A stretch of 64,000 nucleotides of DNA, from the NCBI GenBank assembly GCA_041488455.1, contig JBGPPG010000001.1, forward strand, positions 11,996-75,995, in the 5' to 3' direction. The notes under the pieces were generated by a model. The model worked only from the letters and a program-made list of their open reading frames with translations. It did no database searches and was not told the origin of the DNA. Within the stretch, counting starts at the first letter, position 1. Each line of letters starts with the position of its first letter. This document shows, in pieces, positions 48,881 through 57,793 of the stretch. The position numbers were made by a program, and so were the translations under genes. The DNA comes from Gemmatimonadota bacterium. Lineage in GTDB: Bacteria; Gemmatimonadota; Gemmatimonadetes; Gemmatimonadales; GWC2-71-9.

Positions 48881-48912
48881 GTGCTTTCGGGATCCTCCAC
48901 ACCGGACCCTGC

Positions 48913-50499
48913 ATGCGAGTCAGCCTCTACGACACGACCCTTCGCGACGGCACCCAGCGGGAAGGCCTTTCCCTCTCGGTGGAGGACAAGGTCAAGATCG
49001 CCCGCGTCCTGGACGAGCTGGGCGTGGCATACATCGAGGGTGGCTGGCCCGGGTCCAACCCCAAGGACGCCGAGTTCTTCGCCCGGATCGCCAGGCGCCC
49101 GCTCGGACGCGCCCGGGTGGCCGCGTTCGGCAGCACCCGACGGGCCGGCGCCCGCTGCGAGGACGATCAGAGCATCCAGGCACTGGTCGCTGCGGAAACG
49201 CCGGTCGTGACGCTGGTGGGCAAGAGCTCGACCCTGCACGTGGAGCGGGTGCTGGAGACCACGCGGGACGAGAATCTTCGGATGATCGGGGAGACGGTGA
49301 CCTTCTTCCGGCGGCTCGGCAAGGAGGTCGTCTACGACGCCGAGCACTTCTTCGACGGTTGGCAGCTCGATCCAGCCTATGCGGTCGCCACGCTCCGCGC
49401 AGCGGCCGACGCCGGAGCCGACTGGGTGGTCCTCTGTGACACCAACGGGGGGTCACTTCCGGAGACGGTCCGGGAGGCGGTGGGCGCGGTCCGGGAGCGG
49501 ATCGCCGCCCCGCTCGGGGTCCACCCGCACAACGACGCCGGGCTCGCCGTGGCGAACGCCCTCGCGGGCGTGCAGGCCGGGTGCAGCCAGGTCCAGGGGA
49601 CCATCAACGGATACGGGGAGCGCTGCGGCAACGTGGACCTCGTTCCCGTGATCGCCAATCTCCAGCTCAAGCTGGGTCACGAGGTGCTGCCGCCGGCGCA
49701 GCTCGCCCGGCTGAGCGAGGTGTCCCACTTCGTCGCCGCGGTGGCCAATCTCAATCCGGACGCCCACGCCCCGTACGTGGGGCGGAGCGCATTCGCCCAC
49801 AAGGGCGGAATCCACGTCGCGGCGATCGCCAAGGTGCCCGAGAGCTACCAGCACATCGACCCATCGATCGTGGGCAACGAGCTTCGAGTGGTGGTGAGCG
49901 AGGTCGCCGGTCGACGGAACGTTCGGCTCCGCGCGGAGGCGCTCGGGCTCGACGCCGCGACCAGCGAGGCGCAGGTGCTCCAGCTCATCAAGGAGCTGGA
50001 GCATCGGGGGTTCCAGTTCGAGGCGGCGGAGGGGTCCTTCGAGATGCTGCTCCGGCGGGCGGCACCCGACTATCGGCCGCCCTTCGAGCTCCTCGATTTC
50101 ACCGTCATGGTCGAGAAGCGGGGCGGCCAGAGGGTCGCCGCGCAGGCCACCGTCAAGCTCCGCGTCGGCGAGGAGATCATGCACACCGCCGCCGAGGGAG
50201 ACGGACCGGTAAACGCGCTGGACAAGGCGCTACGGAAGGCGCTGGTGCCGCACTACCCTGAGCTCGACGACGTCCGCCTGGTGGACTACAAGGTCCGTAT
50301 CGTGGACGAGCATCTTGGCACCGCGGCACGCCCGCGCGTCATCGTCGAATCGGCCAGGGGCACGGAGCGGTGGAGCACGGTCGGTTGCTCCGAGAACATC
50401 ATCGAGGCGAGCTGGCTCGCGCTCTGGGACAGCCTGGAGCTGCCGCTGCTCAGGAACGGCGCGTCGCCGCCAGTACCAGTGCCGACTCGGAGGGGATGA
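48913..50499 (+). CDS. cimA: (R)-citramalate synthase (LeuA/CimA family with a C-terminal LeuA-dimer regulatory domain)
   Basis: Start at ATG 48913. MRVSLYDTTLRDGTQREGLSLSVEDKVKIARVLDELGVAYIEGGWPGSNPKDAEFF and HPHNDAGLAVAN. The 528-aa length fits CimA-type enzymes. Confidence 0.75.
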   Translation: MRVSLYDTTLRDGTQREGLSLSVEDKVKIARVLDELGVAYIEGGWPGSNPKDAEFFARIARRPLGRARVAAFGSTRRAGARCEDDQSIQALVAAETPVVTLVGKSSTLHVERVLETTRDENLRMIGETVTFFRRLGKEVVYDAEHFFDGWQLDPAYAVATLRAAADAGADWVVLCDTNGGSLPETVREAVGAVRERIAAPLGVHPHNDAGLAVANALAGVQAGCSQVQGTINGYGERCGNVDLVPVIANLQLKLGHEVLPPAQLARLSEVSHFVAAVANLNPDAHAPYVGRSAFAHKGGIHVAAIAKVPESYQHIDPSIVGNELRVVVSEVAGRRNVRLRAEALGLDAATSEAQVLQLIKELEHRGFQFEAAEGSFEMLLRRAAPDYRPPFELLDFTVMVEKRGGQRVAAQATVKLRVGEEIMHTAAEGDGPVNALDKALRKALVPHYPELDDVRLVDYKVRIVDEHLGTAARPRVIVESARGTERWSTVGCSENIIEASWLALWDSLELPLLRNGASPPVPVPTRRG

Positions 50500-52306
50500 G
50501 CCTCCCCTCCCGGGCCGCGGCCGGCGTGCCGCTGCCACCGTAGCGCGGGTCGTCGGACGACCACCTCAAATCCCACAGGGTACCGCTCGGCGGAGCGAGC
50601 AGGCCGTCCCCGCCATGCTCCAGCACCAGATCTGCTCCGAGGTTGAGCAGCAGGAGACGGTCGAGACCGTCATCCCGTGCGAAGCGAAGCACGAGCGCCG
50701 CGCCGCCGAGGGAGCGCCCCTCGGGTGCCCGCTGGGCGGCGAACGCGGCGTCGGTCCGCCGGAGCGCGAGCAGATCGCGGTGGAGCGCCACGGCGTCCGG
50801 GCGCCGGGCGCGCTCGCCCGGGTCGAGACGCGAGCGCTCGAAGGTTCTCGGTGAGGCCGGATCCGGAAGCAGAGCCTGCACGGCCGGATCGGCCACGCTC
50901 TCGAACTGGGCCAGATGCTCGGCCCGGCCCTGGCGGACGAGGTCAGCCAGGCGGGGCTCGTGATCCGCGAAGAAGAGGAACGGACTCGACGCTGCGAACT
51001 CCTGCCCCATGAAGAGCAGAGGAGTCCCGGGCGAGAGCAGCAGGAAGGCGGTCAGCGCGCGCCATCTCCCCGGGCTGGTGAGGGCGTCGAGCCTGAGGCC
51101 TCTCGCCGAGTGCGCGATCTGGTCGTGGTTCTGGAGGAAGGTCACGAGCCGGGCGCACTCCAGCGTGTTCGGCGCGCCCAGCGTGCCTCTGGTGACAGAG
51201 ACCAGCTCGTCGGCGGACCCCAGATACCGGCGGTAGTACCCCTCGCGCCGGCCGGTCGCAGCCACCCGGGCCGCGTGATGAAAGTCGTCGTTCCAGATCC
51301 CGTCCAGCCCCAAGCCGCCGGCTTCCGGCGGAAGCGCGAGCGCCACCCGCTGGGGCTCGTCCTCCGCGTAGACGACGGTGCCCCTCCGACCCCCGTGGGC
51401 TCGCACAGTCCGACCGATCGCCTCCAGAATGTGCTCGGGCGAGTCGTCGTGGATCGTGTGGGAAGCGTCGAGGCGGAGCCCGTCGAGATGGAATTCGTCG
51501 ATCCAATAGCCGGCGTTCGCCAGCACCAGCTCCCGCACGGGGCTTGAGTCCGGCCCGTCGTAGTTGGGGGCCGGTCCCCAGGGCGTGGTGTGGCGCTCGG
51601 TCACGTAGGCGCGGGCATATTGCCCAAGGTAGTTTCCGTCCGGGCCGAGATGGTTGTACACGGCGTCGAGCAGAACGCCCAGGCCCAGAGCGTGCGCCCG
51701 GTCCACAAAGGCGCGGAAGTCGTCCGGTCGGCCGTAGAGCCGCGTCGGCGCGAAGAGATCCACACCGTCGTAGCCCCAGCCGAAGCGGCCGGGAAAGTCG
51801 GCGACGGGCATGACCTCGATCAGGGTGATGCCCAGCTCCGCCAGCGCGGGCAGCTGCCGCATGGCGGCCGCCCAGGTGCCTTCCGGGGTGAAGGCGCCCA
51901 CATGGATCTCGTAGAGCACCTGTCCATCGCGGCGCACGCCCGGCCACCCCGCGTCGGTCCAGGGGAACACGCCGGGGTCTATGACTTCCGACGGCCCGTG
52001 CGGGCCCCCGGGCTGGAAGCGGGAGACCGGGTCGGGGAAGGCATCGCCTCCGTCGAGGCGAAAGCGATAGAGCGCGCCCGGGCCGACTCCGGGCACCAGA
52101 GCGGAGTGGAAGCCGCCCGGCTCGGGCTTGAGAGGATGGGGATCGCGCCGGCCCTCCACTACAACGTCGACCCGCCCCCAGTCCGGGGCCCACACGCGGA
52201 AATGCACGCCGGCCGTGCCCGGCTCGGCGCCGACGGGAAGGCGGCGAATGACCGGGCTCACCGGATCCGGCTGAGTCGTTGTCGGGTTAGGGCACATAGG
52301 GCTCAA
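50450..52306 (-). CDS. treZ: Malto-oligosyltrehalose trehalohydrolase (GH13)
   Basis: VHFRVWAP N-domain. GH13 regions GVLLDAVYNHLG, DGLRLDASH, YAEDEP and FLQNHDQ. Confidence 0.9.
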   Translation of the reverse strand: MSPMCPNPTTTQPDPVSPVIRRLPVGAEPGTAGVHFRVWAPDWGRVDVVVEGRRDPHPLKPEPGGFHSALVPGVGPGALYRFRLDGGDAFPDPVSRFQPGGPHGPSEVIDPGVFPWTDAGWPGVRRDGQVLYEIHVGAFTPEGTWAAAMRQLPALAELGITLIEVMPVADFPGRFGWGYDGVDLFAPTRLYGRPDDFRAFVDRAHALGLGVLLDAVYNHLGPDGNYLGQYARAYVTERHTTPWGPAPNYDGPDSSPVRELVLANAGYWIDEFHLDGLRLDASHTIHDDSPEHILEAIGRTVRAHGGRRGTVVYAEDEPQRVALALPPEAGGLGLDGIWNDDFHHAARVAATGRREGYYRRYLGSADELVSVTRGTLGAPNTLECARLVTFLQNHDQIAHSARGLRLDALTSPGRWRALTAFLLLSPGTPLLFMGQEFAASSPFLFFADHEPRLADLVRQGRAEHLAQFESVADPAVQALLPDPASPRTFERSRLDPGERARRPDAVALHRDLLALRRTDAAFAAQRAPEGRSLGGAALVLRFARDDGLDRLLLLNLGADLVLEHGGDGLLAPPSGTLWDLRWSSDDPRYGGSGTPAAAREGRLIPSESALVLAATRRS

Positions 52307-52365
52307 GGTAGCCGCGCCCGGCCGTTGGGCCAGCAGCCGCGACCCGTCTCAGGCGGGAGGTCCGC

Positions 52366-52974
52366 ATGCGATACCGATTCCTGCTCGACACCTACGCTAC
52401 GGAACGCCTCAAGGTGCTGAGCACCTGGGCCACCTTCCGCGATGAGGACCTCCCGGTACGGCCCCACGTCACTGACCGGCGCGGCCGGAGCGTGCTGGAG
52501 CACATGGTCCACCAGTGCGTGAGCGAGAACCTTTGGTTTCGCGACATTCTCGGCGTGGACGTCGATGCCCCGCCGCTTCCGGCCCTGGAGAGCCGACTCG
52601 AGTTTCTCCACCGCTATGCTGACGACTCCGCGAGGCGCCTGGCCGAGCTCGAAAAGACCGATGATGCCTGGTGGGAAGCCGGCGTGACTTTTTTCGACGT
52701 GCCGCGGACCCGGGCGTGGGTCGTGGTTCGCCGGATTGCGCACACCGCGCACCACCGGGGCCAGCAGGTGGAGCTGCTTCGCATGCTTAGCCGGGACGTG
52801 TACAGCACCTACGGTCCGACGGCGGACACCGGAGGCTTGTTCCAGCGGCGCGCCCCGACGATTTACGCCTACCCGGATGAGGCCGCGCTTCTGGCCGGCG
52901 AAGGCGGCGGCGGCCGCCAGGCCGCATTGCCGGGGCCGGGCGATTACCCCACGACGGAGCGACCCGACAGATGA
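52366..52974 (+). CDS. DinB-family protein
   Basis: SVLEHMVHQCVSE and RIAHTAHHRGQQVELLR (DinB His triad). Confidence 0.75.
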   Translation: MRYRFLLDTYATERLKVLSTWATFRDEDLPVRPHVTDRRGRSVLEHMVHQCVSENLWFRDILGVDVDAPPLPALESRLEFLHRYADDSARRLAELEKTDDAWWEAGVTFFDVPRTRAWVVVRRIAHTAHHRGQQVELLRMLSRDVYSTYGPTADTGGLFQRRAPTIYAYPDEAALLAGEGGGGRQAALPGPGDYPTTERPDR

Positions 52975-53939
52975 AAGCGATCCGCATCCATGCCCACGGC
53001 GGTCCCGAAGCGCTCCGGTACGAGGATGTCCCCGTGCCCGTGCCGGGCGCTGGCCAGGCGCTCGTCCGGATCGAGGCCGTCGGCGTCAACTTCATCGACA
53101 TTTATCATCGAAGCGGTCTTTACAAGGTTCAGTTTCCGTACACGCTCGGCCAGGAGGCGGCCGGGGTCGTGACCGCGCTCGGCTCCGATGTGTCCGGTGT
53201 CGCGGCCGGGGACCTGGTCGCCTACACCGGCGTCCCCGGAGCTTACGCGGAATTCGCCGCGGTACCGGCGGACCGGCTCGTGCCCGTGCCGCAGGGCGTG
53301 ACGGCCCGCCAGGCGGCCGCGGTGATCCTGCAGGGCGTAACGGCGCAGTATCTCGCTACCTCGACCTATCCGCTCGCCGCCGGCCAGACCTGCCTCATCC
53401 ATGCCGCCGCCGGAGGCGTCGGGCTTCTCTTTTGCCAGATCGCGAAGCGCCTAGGTGCACGGGTGATCGGCACCGTCTCCAACGAAGCCAAGGCGACCCT
53501 CGCGCGTGCTGCCGGCGCCGACGAGGTGATCCTCTACACCCTACAGGACTTCGAAGTGGAAGTGAAGCGGCTCACCCGGGGCGCCGGCGTGCATGTGGTG
53601 TACGACTCGGTCGGCAAGACCACGTTCGACAAAAGCCTCGACTGTCTCGCACGGCGGGGCATGCTGGTGCTCTACGGGCAGTCGAGCGGACCGGTCCCGC
53701 CCTTCGATCCCCAGATACTGAACCAGAAGGGCTCGCTCTTCCTGACCCGGCCCACGCTCGGGCACTACGTCGCCACCCGGGAGGAGCTGCTCGCCCGGGC
53801 CGGGCAGGTCCTGGGTTGGGTGGCCGACGGCTCGCTGTCGGTCCGTGTCGGGCGGGAGTACCCGCTGGCCGAGGCAGCGGACGCGCAGCGGGCGCTGGCG
53901 GGGCGGGAGACGACGGGTAAGGTGTTGTTGGTGCCGTGA
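52971..53939 (+). CDS. qor: NADPH:quinone oxidoreductase (zeta-crystallin-like MDR)
   Basis: ATGA overlap. MKAIRIHAHGGPEALRYEDVPVP, GVNFIDIYHRSGLY and HAAAGGVGLL. Confidence 0.9.
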   Translation: MKAIRIHAHGGPEALRYEDVPVPVPGAGQALVRIEAVGVNFIDIYHRSGLYKVQFPYTLGQEAAGVVTALGSDVSGVAAGDLVAYTGVPGAYAEFAAVPADRLVPVPQGVTARQAAAVILQGVTAQYLATSTYPLAAGQTCLIHAAAGGVGLLFCQIAKRLGARVIGTVSNEAKATLARAAGADEVILYTLQDFEVEVKRLTRGAGVHVVYDSVGKTTFDKSLDCLARRGMLVLYGQSSGPVPPFDPQILNQKGSLFLTRPTLGHYVATREELLARAGQVLGWVADGSLSVRVGREYPLAEAADAQRALAGRETTGKVLLVP

Positions 53940-53941
53940 TC

Positions 53942-53976
53942 CCGTTCACTGTTCACCGTTCACTGTTTACTGTTGT
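53942..53976. repeat. Five tandem heptamers CCGTTCA CTGTTCA CCGTTCA CTGTTTA CTGTTGT between the qor stop and the DUF1015 start
   Basis: Direct array starting 3 nt after TGA 53937-53939 and ending 2 nt before ATG 53979. No inverted partner seen. Confidence 0.85.
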
Positions 53977-53978
53977 GC

Positions 53979-55214
53979 ATGCGTCTCAAGGCCTTCCGCG
54001 CGTTGCGCCCCCGGGCGGAGCTCGCCGCTAGGGTGGCTGCGGTGCCGTACGACGTCGTGAGCCGCGCCGAGGCAGCGGCGCTTGCCGAGGGGAATCCGGA
54101 CAGCTTCCTGCATGTCGGCCGTGCGGACATCGATCTGCCGGCGGACACCGACCCGTATGATTCCCGCATCTACGCCGCGGCCAAGGCCGCGCTCGACCGG
54201 CTGATCGCCCGCGGCACGCTCGTTCGGGATGCCCAGCCGGCGCTCTTCCTGTACCGTCAGGTGATGGATGGCCGAGCCCAGACGGGTGTGGTCGGCTGCG
54301 TGCACGTCGACGACTACGAGTGCGACGTCATCCGCAAGCACGAGAAGACCCGGAAGGACAAGGAGGACGACCGGACCCGGCACGTCCTCACGCTCAACGT
54401 GCACGCGGAGCCGGTGTTCCTCACGTACCGGCCACGGCCGGAGCTGGACCGGCTCTCCGCCGCGGCGGCGGCAGGCCCGCCGCTCTACGATTTCACCGCG
54501 GCGGACGGAGTGCGCCATACGGTCTGGCGCCTGGCGGACGTGACGCCGTGGCTCGACGCGTTCGCCGACGTGCCGGTGGTGTACGTCGCCGACGGGCACC
54601 ATCGCTCGGCGAGCGCCTGGCGCGCGGGCCGGGAGCGGCGCGCAGCCAACCCCCGGCACAGCGGAGACGAGGAGTACAACTGGTTCCTGGCGGTGCTGTT
54701 CCCGTCGAGCGAGCTCCGGATTCTGCCGTACAACCGCCTGGGGAAGGATCTGAATGGGCTCTCGCCCGCCGCGTTTCGCGCGCGGCTCGCCGAGGTCGGC
54801 CGGCTTGAGCCCACGACCGATTCGACGCCCCCCGCACCCGGGGCCTTCTGCCTCTTCTTCGACGGGGGCTGGGAGCGACTCACGCTCGATCCGGCCTCGA
54901 TCGAGCGGCGGGACCCGATCCGCTCGCTCGATGTGAGCCTGCTCCATGACCGGATCCTTGGCCCGATACTCGGCGTCGGCGACCCGCGAACGGACAAGCG
55001 CCTCGACTTCGTGGGCGGCATCCGCGGCCCGGGTGAGCTGGAGCGCCGCGTGCGGTCGGGCGAGATGGCGCTGGCGGTGTCGATGTACCCCACGACGATC
55101 GAGCAGCTGCTCGCCGTTGCCGACGCAGGAGAGATCATGCCGCCCAAGAGCACGTGGTTCGAGCCGAAGCTTCGGAGCGGGCTCTTCGTTCACGAGCTGG
55201 ACCAGGTGCCATGA
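53979..55214 (+). CDS. DUF1015-family protein
   Basis: MRLKAFRALRP...VAAVPYDVV, YVADGHHRSASA. About 410 aa, typical of DUF1015. ATG 53979 is preferred over TTG 53973. Confidence 0.8.
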   Translation: MRLKAFRALRPRAELAARVAAVPYDVVSRAEAAALAEGNPDSFLHVGRADIDLPADTDPYDSRIYAAAKAALDRLIARGTLVRDAQPALFLYRQVMDGRAQTGVVGCVHVDDYECDVIRKHEKTRKDKEDDRTRHVLTLNVHAEPVFLTYRPRPELDRLSAAAAAGPPLYDFTAADGVRHTVWRLADVTPWLDAFADVPVVYVADGHHRSASAWRAGRERRAANPRHSGDEEYNWFLAVLFPSSELRILPYNRLGKDLNGLSPAAFRARLAEVGRLEPTTDSTPPAPGAFCLFFDGGWERLTLDPASIERRDPIRSLDVSLLHDRILGPILGVGDPRTDKRLDFVGGIRGPGELERRVRSGEMALAVSMYPTTIEQLLAVADAGEIMPPKSTWFEPKLRSGLFVHELDQVP

Positions 55215-56431
55215 AAGTTCTGATCGCGGACAAGTTCGAGAAGGTCGGCATCGATGGCCTGAAGGAGCTGGGGTGCACGGTCGTGTCGCAGCCCGACCTC
55301 ACCGCGTCGGCGCTGCCCGAGGCCCTCAAGACACACGACCCTAATGTGCTGATCGTGCGGAGCACGAAGGTGACCGGTGAGGCGCTCCGGAGCGGCGCCA
55401 GCCTCGGGCTGGTGATCCGGGCGGGCGCGGGCATCGACACCATCGACGTGCCGGCCGCGTCCGACCGGGGTGTGTTCGTGTCCAACTGCCCGGGCAGGAA
55501 CTCGATCGCCGTCGCCGAGCTGGTGCTCGGCCTCCTGCTCTCGTGCGACCGGCGTATCCCGGATCAGGTGGCGGACCTGCGTGCCGGCAAATGGAACAAG
55601 AGCGAGTACTCCAAGGGCCGCGGCCTGCACGGCCGGACGATGGGGATCGTCGGGCTGGGACAGATCGGACGGGAAATCGCGGTGCGGGCCAACGCCTTCG
55701 GGATGTACGTGGCGGCGTGGTCGCGCAATCTCACACTGGCCGACGCCGAGCGGCTCGGCGTCCGGTACTGCCAGACCCCGCTCGAGGTGGCACGGGTGAG
55801 CGACGCGGTCTCGATCAACGTCGCCGCCAACGCCGACACTCGTAACTTCGTCAACGAGGAGTTCCTGGCGGCGATGCGGCCGGGTGCGTATCTCATCAAT
55901 ACGTCGCGTGGGACAGTGGTGGACGAGGCGGCGCTTCTCGAGGCGGTGCGGACCCGGGGGATCCGGGCCGGGCTCGACGTCTTCCAGAACGAGCCGGCCG
56001 AGGGGAAGGGGCCGTTCGACAGCGCTGTAGCAAAGGCACCAGGCATCTACGGAACGCACCACGTCGGCGCGTCGACCGAGCAGGCGCAGGTCGCGATCGC
56101 CCACGAGGTCATCCGCGTCGTACAGGAGTTCATGGAGGTTGGCACCGTCCCGAACTGTGTGAACCGGTTGGCGCGGAGCTCGGCGTCGCATATCCTCGCC
56201 GTGCGCCACCGGAACCGTCCGGGCGTGCTCGCGGACGTCTTTCGCGTGCTGGCCGACCGGGCGATCAACGTGGAGGAGGTCGAGAACATCATTTACCACG
56301 GAGCCCACGCCACGCTCGCCCGGATTCACCTGGACGGCAAGCCGGACGTGGCCGCACTGGAGGCCATCCGGAAGGGCAACGAGCATATCATCAGCGTCGA
56401 GCTCACTGCGATCGACGGGAGAGGCCGGTAA
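55211..56431 (+). CDS. serA: D-3-phosphoglycerate dehydrogenase with a C-terminal ACT domain
   Basis: ATGA overlap. [21 protein letters not shown] (NAD), [15 protein letters not shown], and an ACT-like tail ([22 protein letters not shown]). Confidence 0.9.
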   Translation: MKVLIADKFEKVGIDGLKELGCTVVSQPDLTASALPEALKTHDPNVLIVRSTKVTGEALRSGASLGLVIRAGAGIDTIDVPAASDRGVFVSNCPGRNSIAVAELVLGLLLSCDRRIPDQVADLRAGKWNKSEYSKGRGLHGRTMGIVGLGQIGREIAVRANAFGMYVAAWSRNLTLADAERLGVRYCQTPLEVARVSDAVSINVAANADTRNFVNEEFLAAMRPGAYLINTSRGTVVDEAALLEAVRTRGIRAGLDVFQNEPAEGKGPFDSAVAKAPGIYGTHHVGASTEQAQVAIAHEVIRVVQEFMEVGTVPNCVNRLARSSASHILAVRHRNRPGVLADVFRVLADRAINVEEVENIIYHGAHATLARIHLDGKPDVAALEAIRKGNEHIISVELTAIDGRGR

Positions 56432-57534
56432 TGTCGGACCGCATCTACAACTTCAGTGCCGGGCCGGCGATCCTGCCCGAGCCCGTGCTCAAGCAGGCGC
56501 AACAGGACCTCTGGAACATCGCCGCCAGCGGAATCGGGATTCTGGAGCACAGCCACCGAGGCAAGGTGTTCGAGAAGGTGCTCGCGGAGGCGGAGCAGGA
56601 CTGCCGGGCCCTCGCCGGCATCCCGGACCGGTACCGGATCCTGTTTCTCCAGGGGGGCGCCTCGCTCCAGTTCGCGATGGTGCCGATGAACCTGCTTCCG
56701 AAGGGCGGCACCGCGGACTACCTGGTTACCGGTGTCTGGTCCCAGAAGGCGGTCAAGGAAGCGAAGCTGTTCGGGCGCGTGCATGAAGCGGTGTCGAGCG
56801 GCGACCGGAACTTCGCCTACATCCCGCCGCCGGGGGCGATCCGCTACTCCGACAAGCCCGCCTACGTGCACCTGACGACCAACAACACGATCTACGGGAC
56901 GCAGTGGAAGGAGGAGCCGCCCGTGCCAGAGGGCGTCCCCCTCGTAGCCGACACGTCGAGCGACATGTTCAGCCGGCCCATCGACGTGACCCGGTACGGG
57001 CTGATCTACGCGGGTGCCCAGAAGAACCTTGGCCCCTCGGGCGTGGTGCTCGTGCTCATCCGGGACGACCTGATCGAGATCGGTCCGAAGGACCTGCCGA
57101 TCATGCTCCAGTACCGCACGCACGCGGGGGAGCGGTCGCTGTACAACACCCCCCCGACCTTCGGGATCTACATGATCGGGCGGGTGTTCAAATGGATCCG
57201 CGAGCTCGGCGGCCTGCCCGCGATGGCGGAGCACAACGGCGAGAAAGCCAGGATCCTGTATGACTTTCTGGATCAGAGCGACTTCTTCCGCGGAACAGCC
57301 GACGCCGACAGCCGATCGTTGATGAACGTCTGCTTCCGGGCGCCCAATGAGGACCTCGAGGCCAAGTTCGTGAGCGAGGCCACTAAGCGGGGCCTGGACG
57401 GGCTCAAGGGCCACCGGGCGGCTGGCGGGATGCGCGCTAGCATCTACAACGCCTTCCCCAAGTCCGGGGTGTCTGCGCTGGTCAACTTCATGAAGGAGTT
57501 CGAGAAGGCGAACCGGACCGCGGTCACGGCCTGA
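56431..57534 (+). CDS. serC: Phosphoserine aminotransferase
   Basis: [28 protein letters not shown] (PLP Lys) and [10 protein letters not shown]. Confidence 0.95.
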   Translation: MSDRIYNFSAGPAILPEPVLKQAQQDLWNIAASGIGILEHSHRGKVFEKVLAEAEQDCRALAGIPDRYRILFLQGGASLQFAMVPMNLLPKGGTADYLVTGVWSQKAVKEAKLFGRVHEAVSSGDRNFAYIPPPGAIRYSDKPAYVHLTTNNTIYGTQWKEEPPVPEGVPLVADTSSDMFSRPIDVTRYGLIYAGAQKNLGPSGVVLVLIRDDLIEIGPKDLPIMLQYRTHAGERSLYNTPPTFGIYMIGRVFKWIRELGGLPAMAEHNGEKARILYDFLDQSDFFRGTADADSRSLMNVCFRAPNEDLEAKFVSEATKRGLDGLKGHRAAGGMRASIYNAFPKSGVSALVNFMKEFEKANRTAVTA

Positions 57535-57557
57535 TCCGGGCCGGCTCGATCCAATGA

Positions 57558-57590
57558 AGCGGGGGTCCCCGGGAGGGGGCGGCCCCCGCT
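57558..57590 (+). terminator. GC-rich hairpin after serC (terminator candidate, weak U tract)
   Basis: AGCGGGGG (57558-57565) pairs with CCCCCGCT (57583-57590). The 17-nt G/C loop can extend the stem. Begins 24 nt after the serC stop. Confidence 0.45.
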
Positions 57591-57793
57591 CGGCTTGTGA
57601 CCGCTCCTCTTGCGGGTCCCGGCGGCGAGGCGTAATTCCTCTGGGTGCCCGTGTGGCCGGGTTCGCTGGGGCTCCCGGTCAGGGAACCTCCCGTACCCAG
57701 CCTTCGTTATTGCCCTGTCCCCACTGTTGTTGGCGGGTGGTCGAACAACCTCCAAAGCATGCGGAACGCCTGAGCGCCCGAGGGAAGGAGCCG

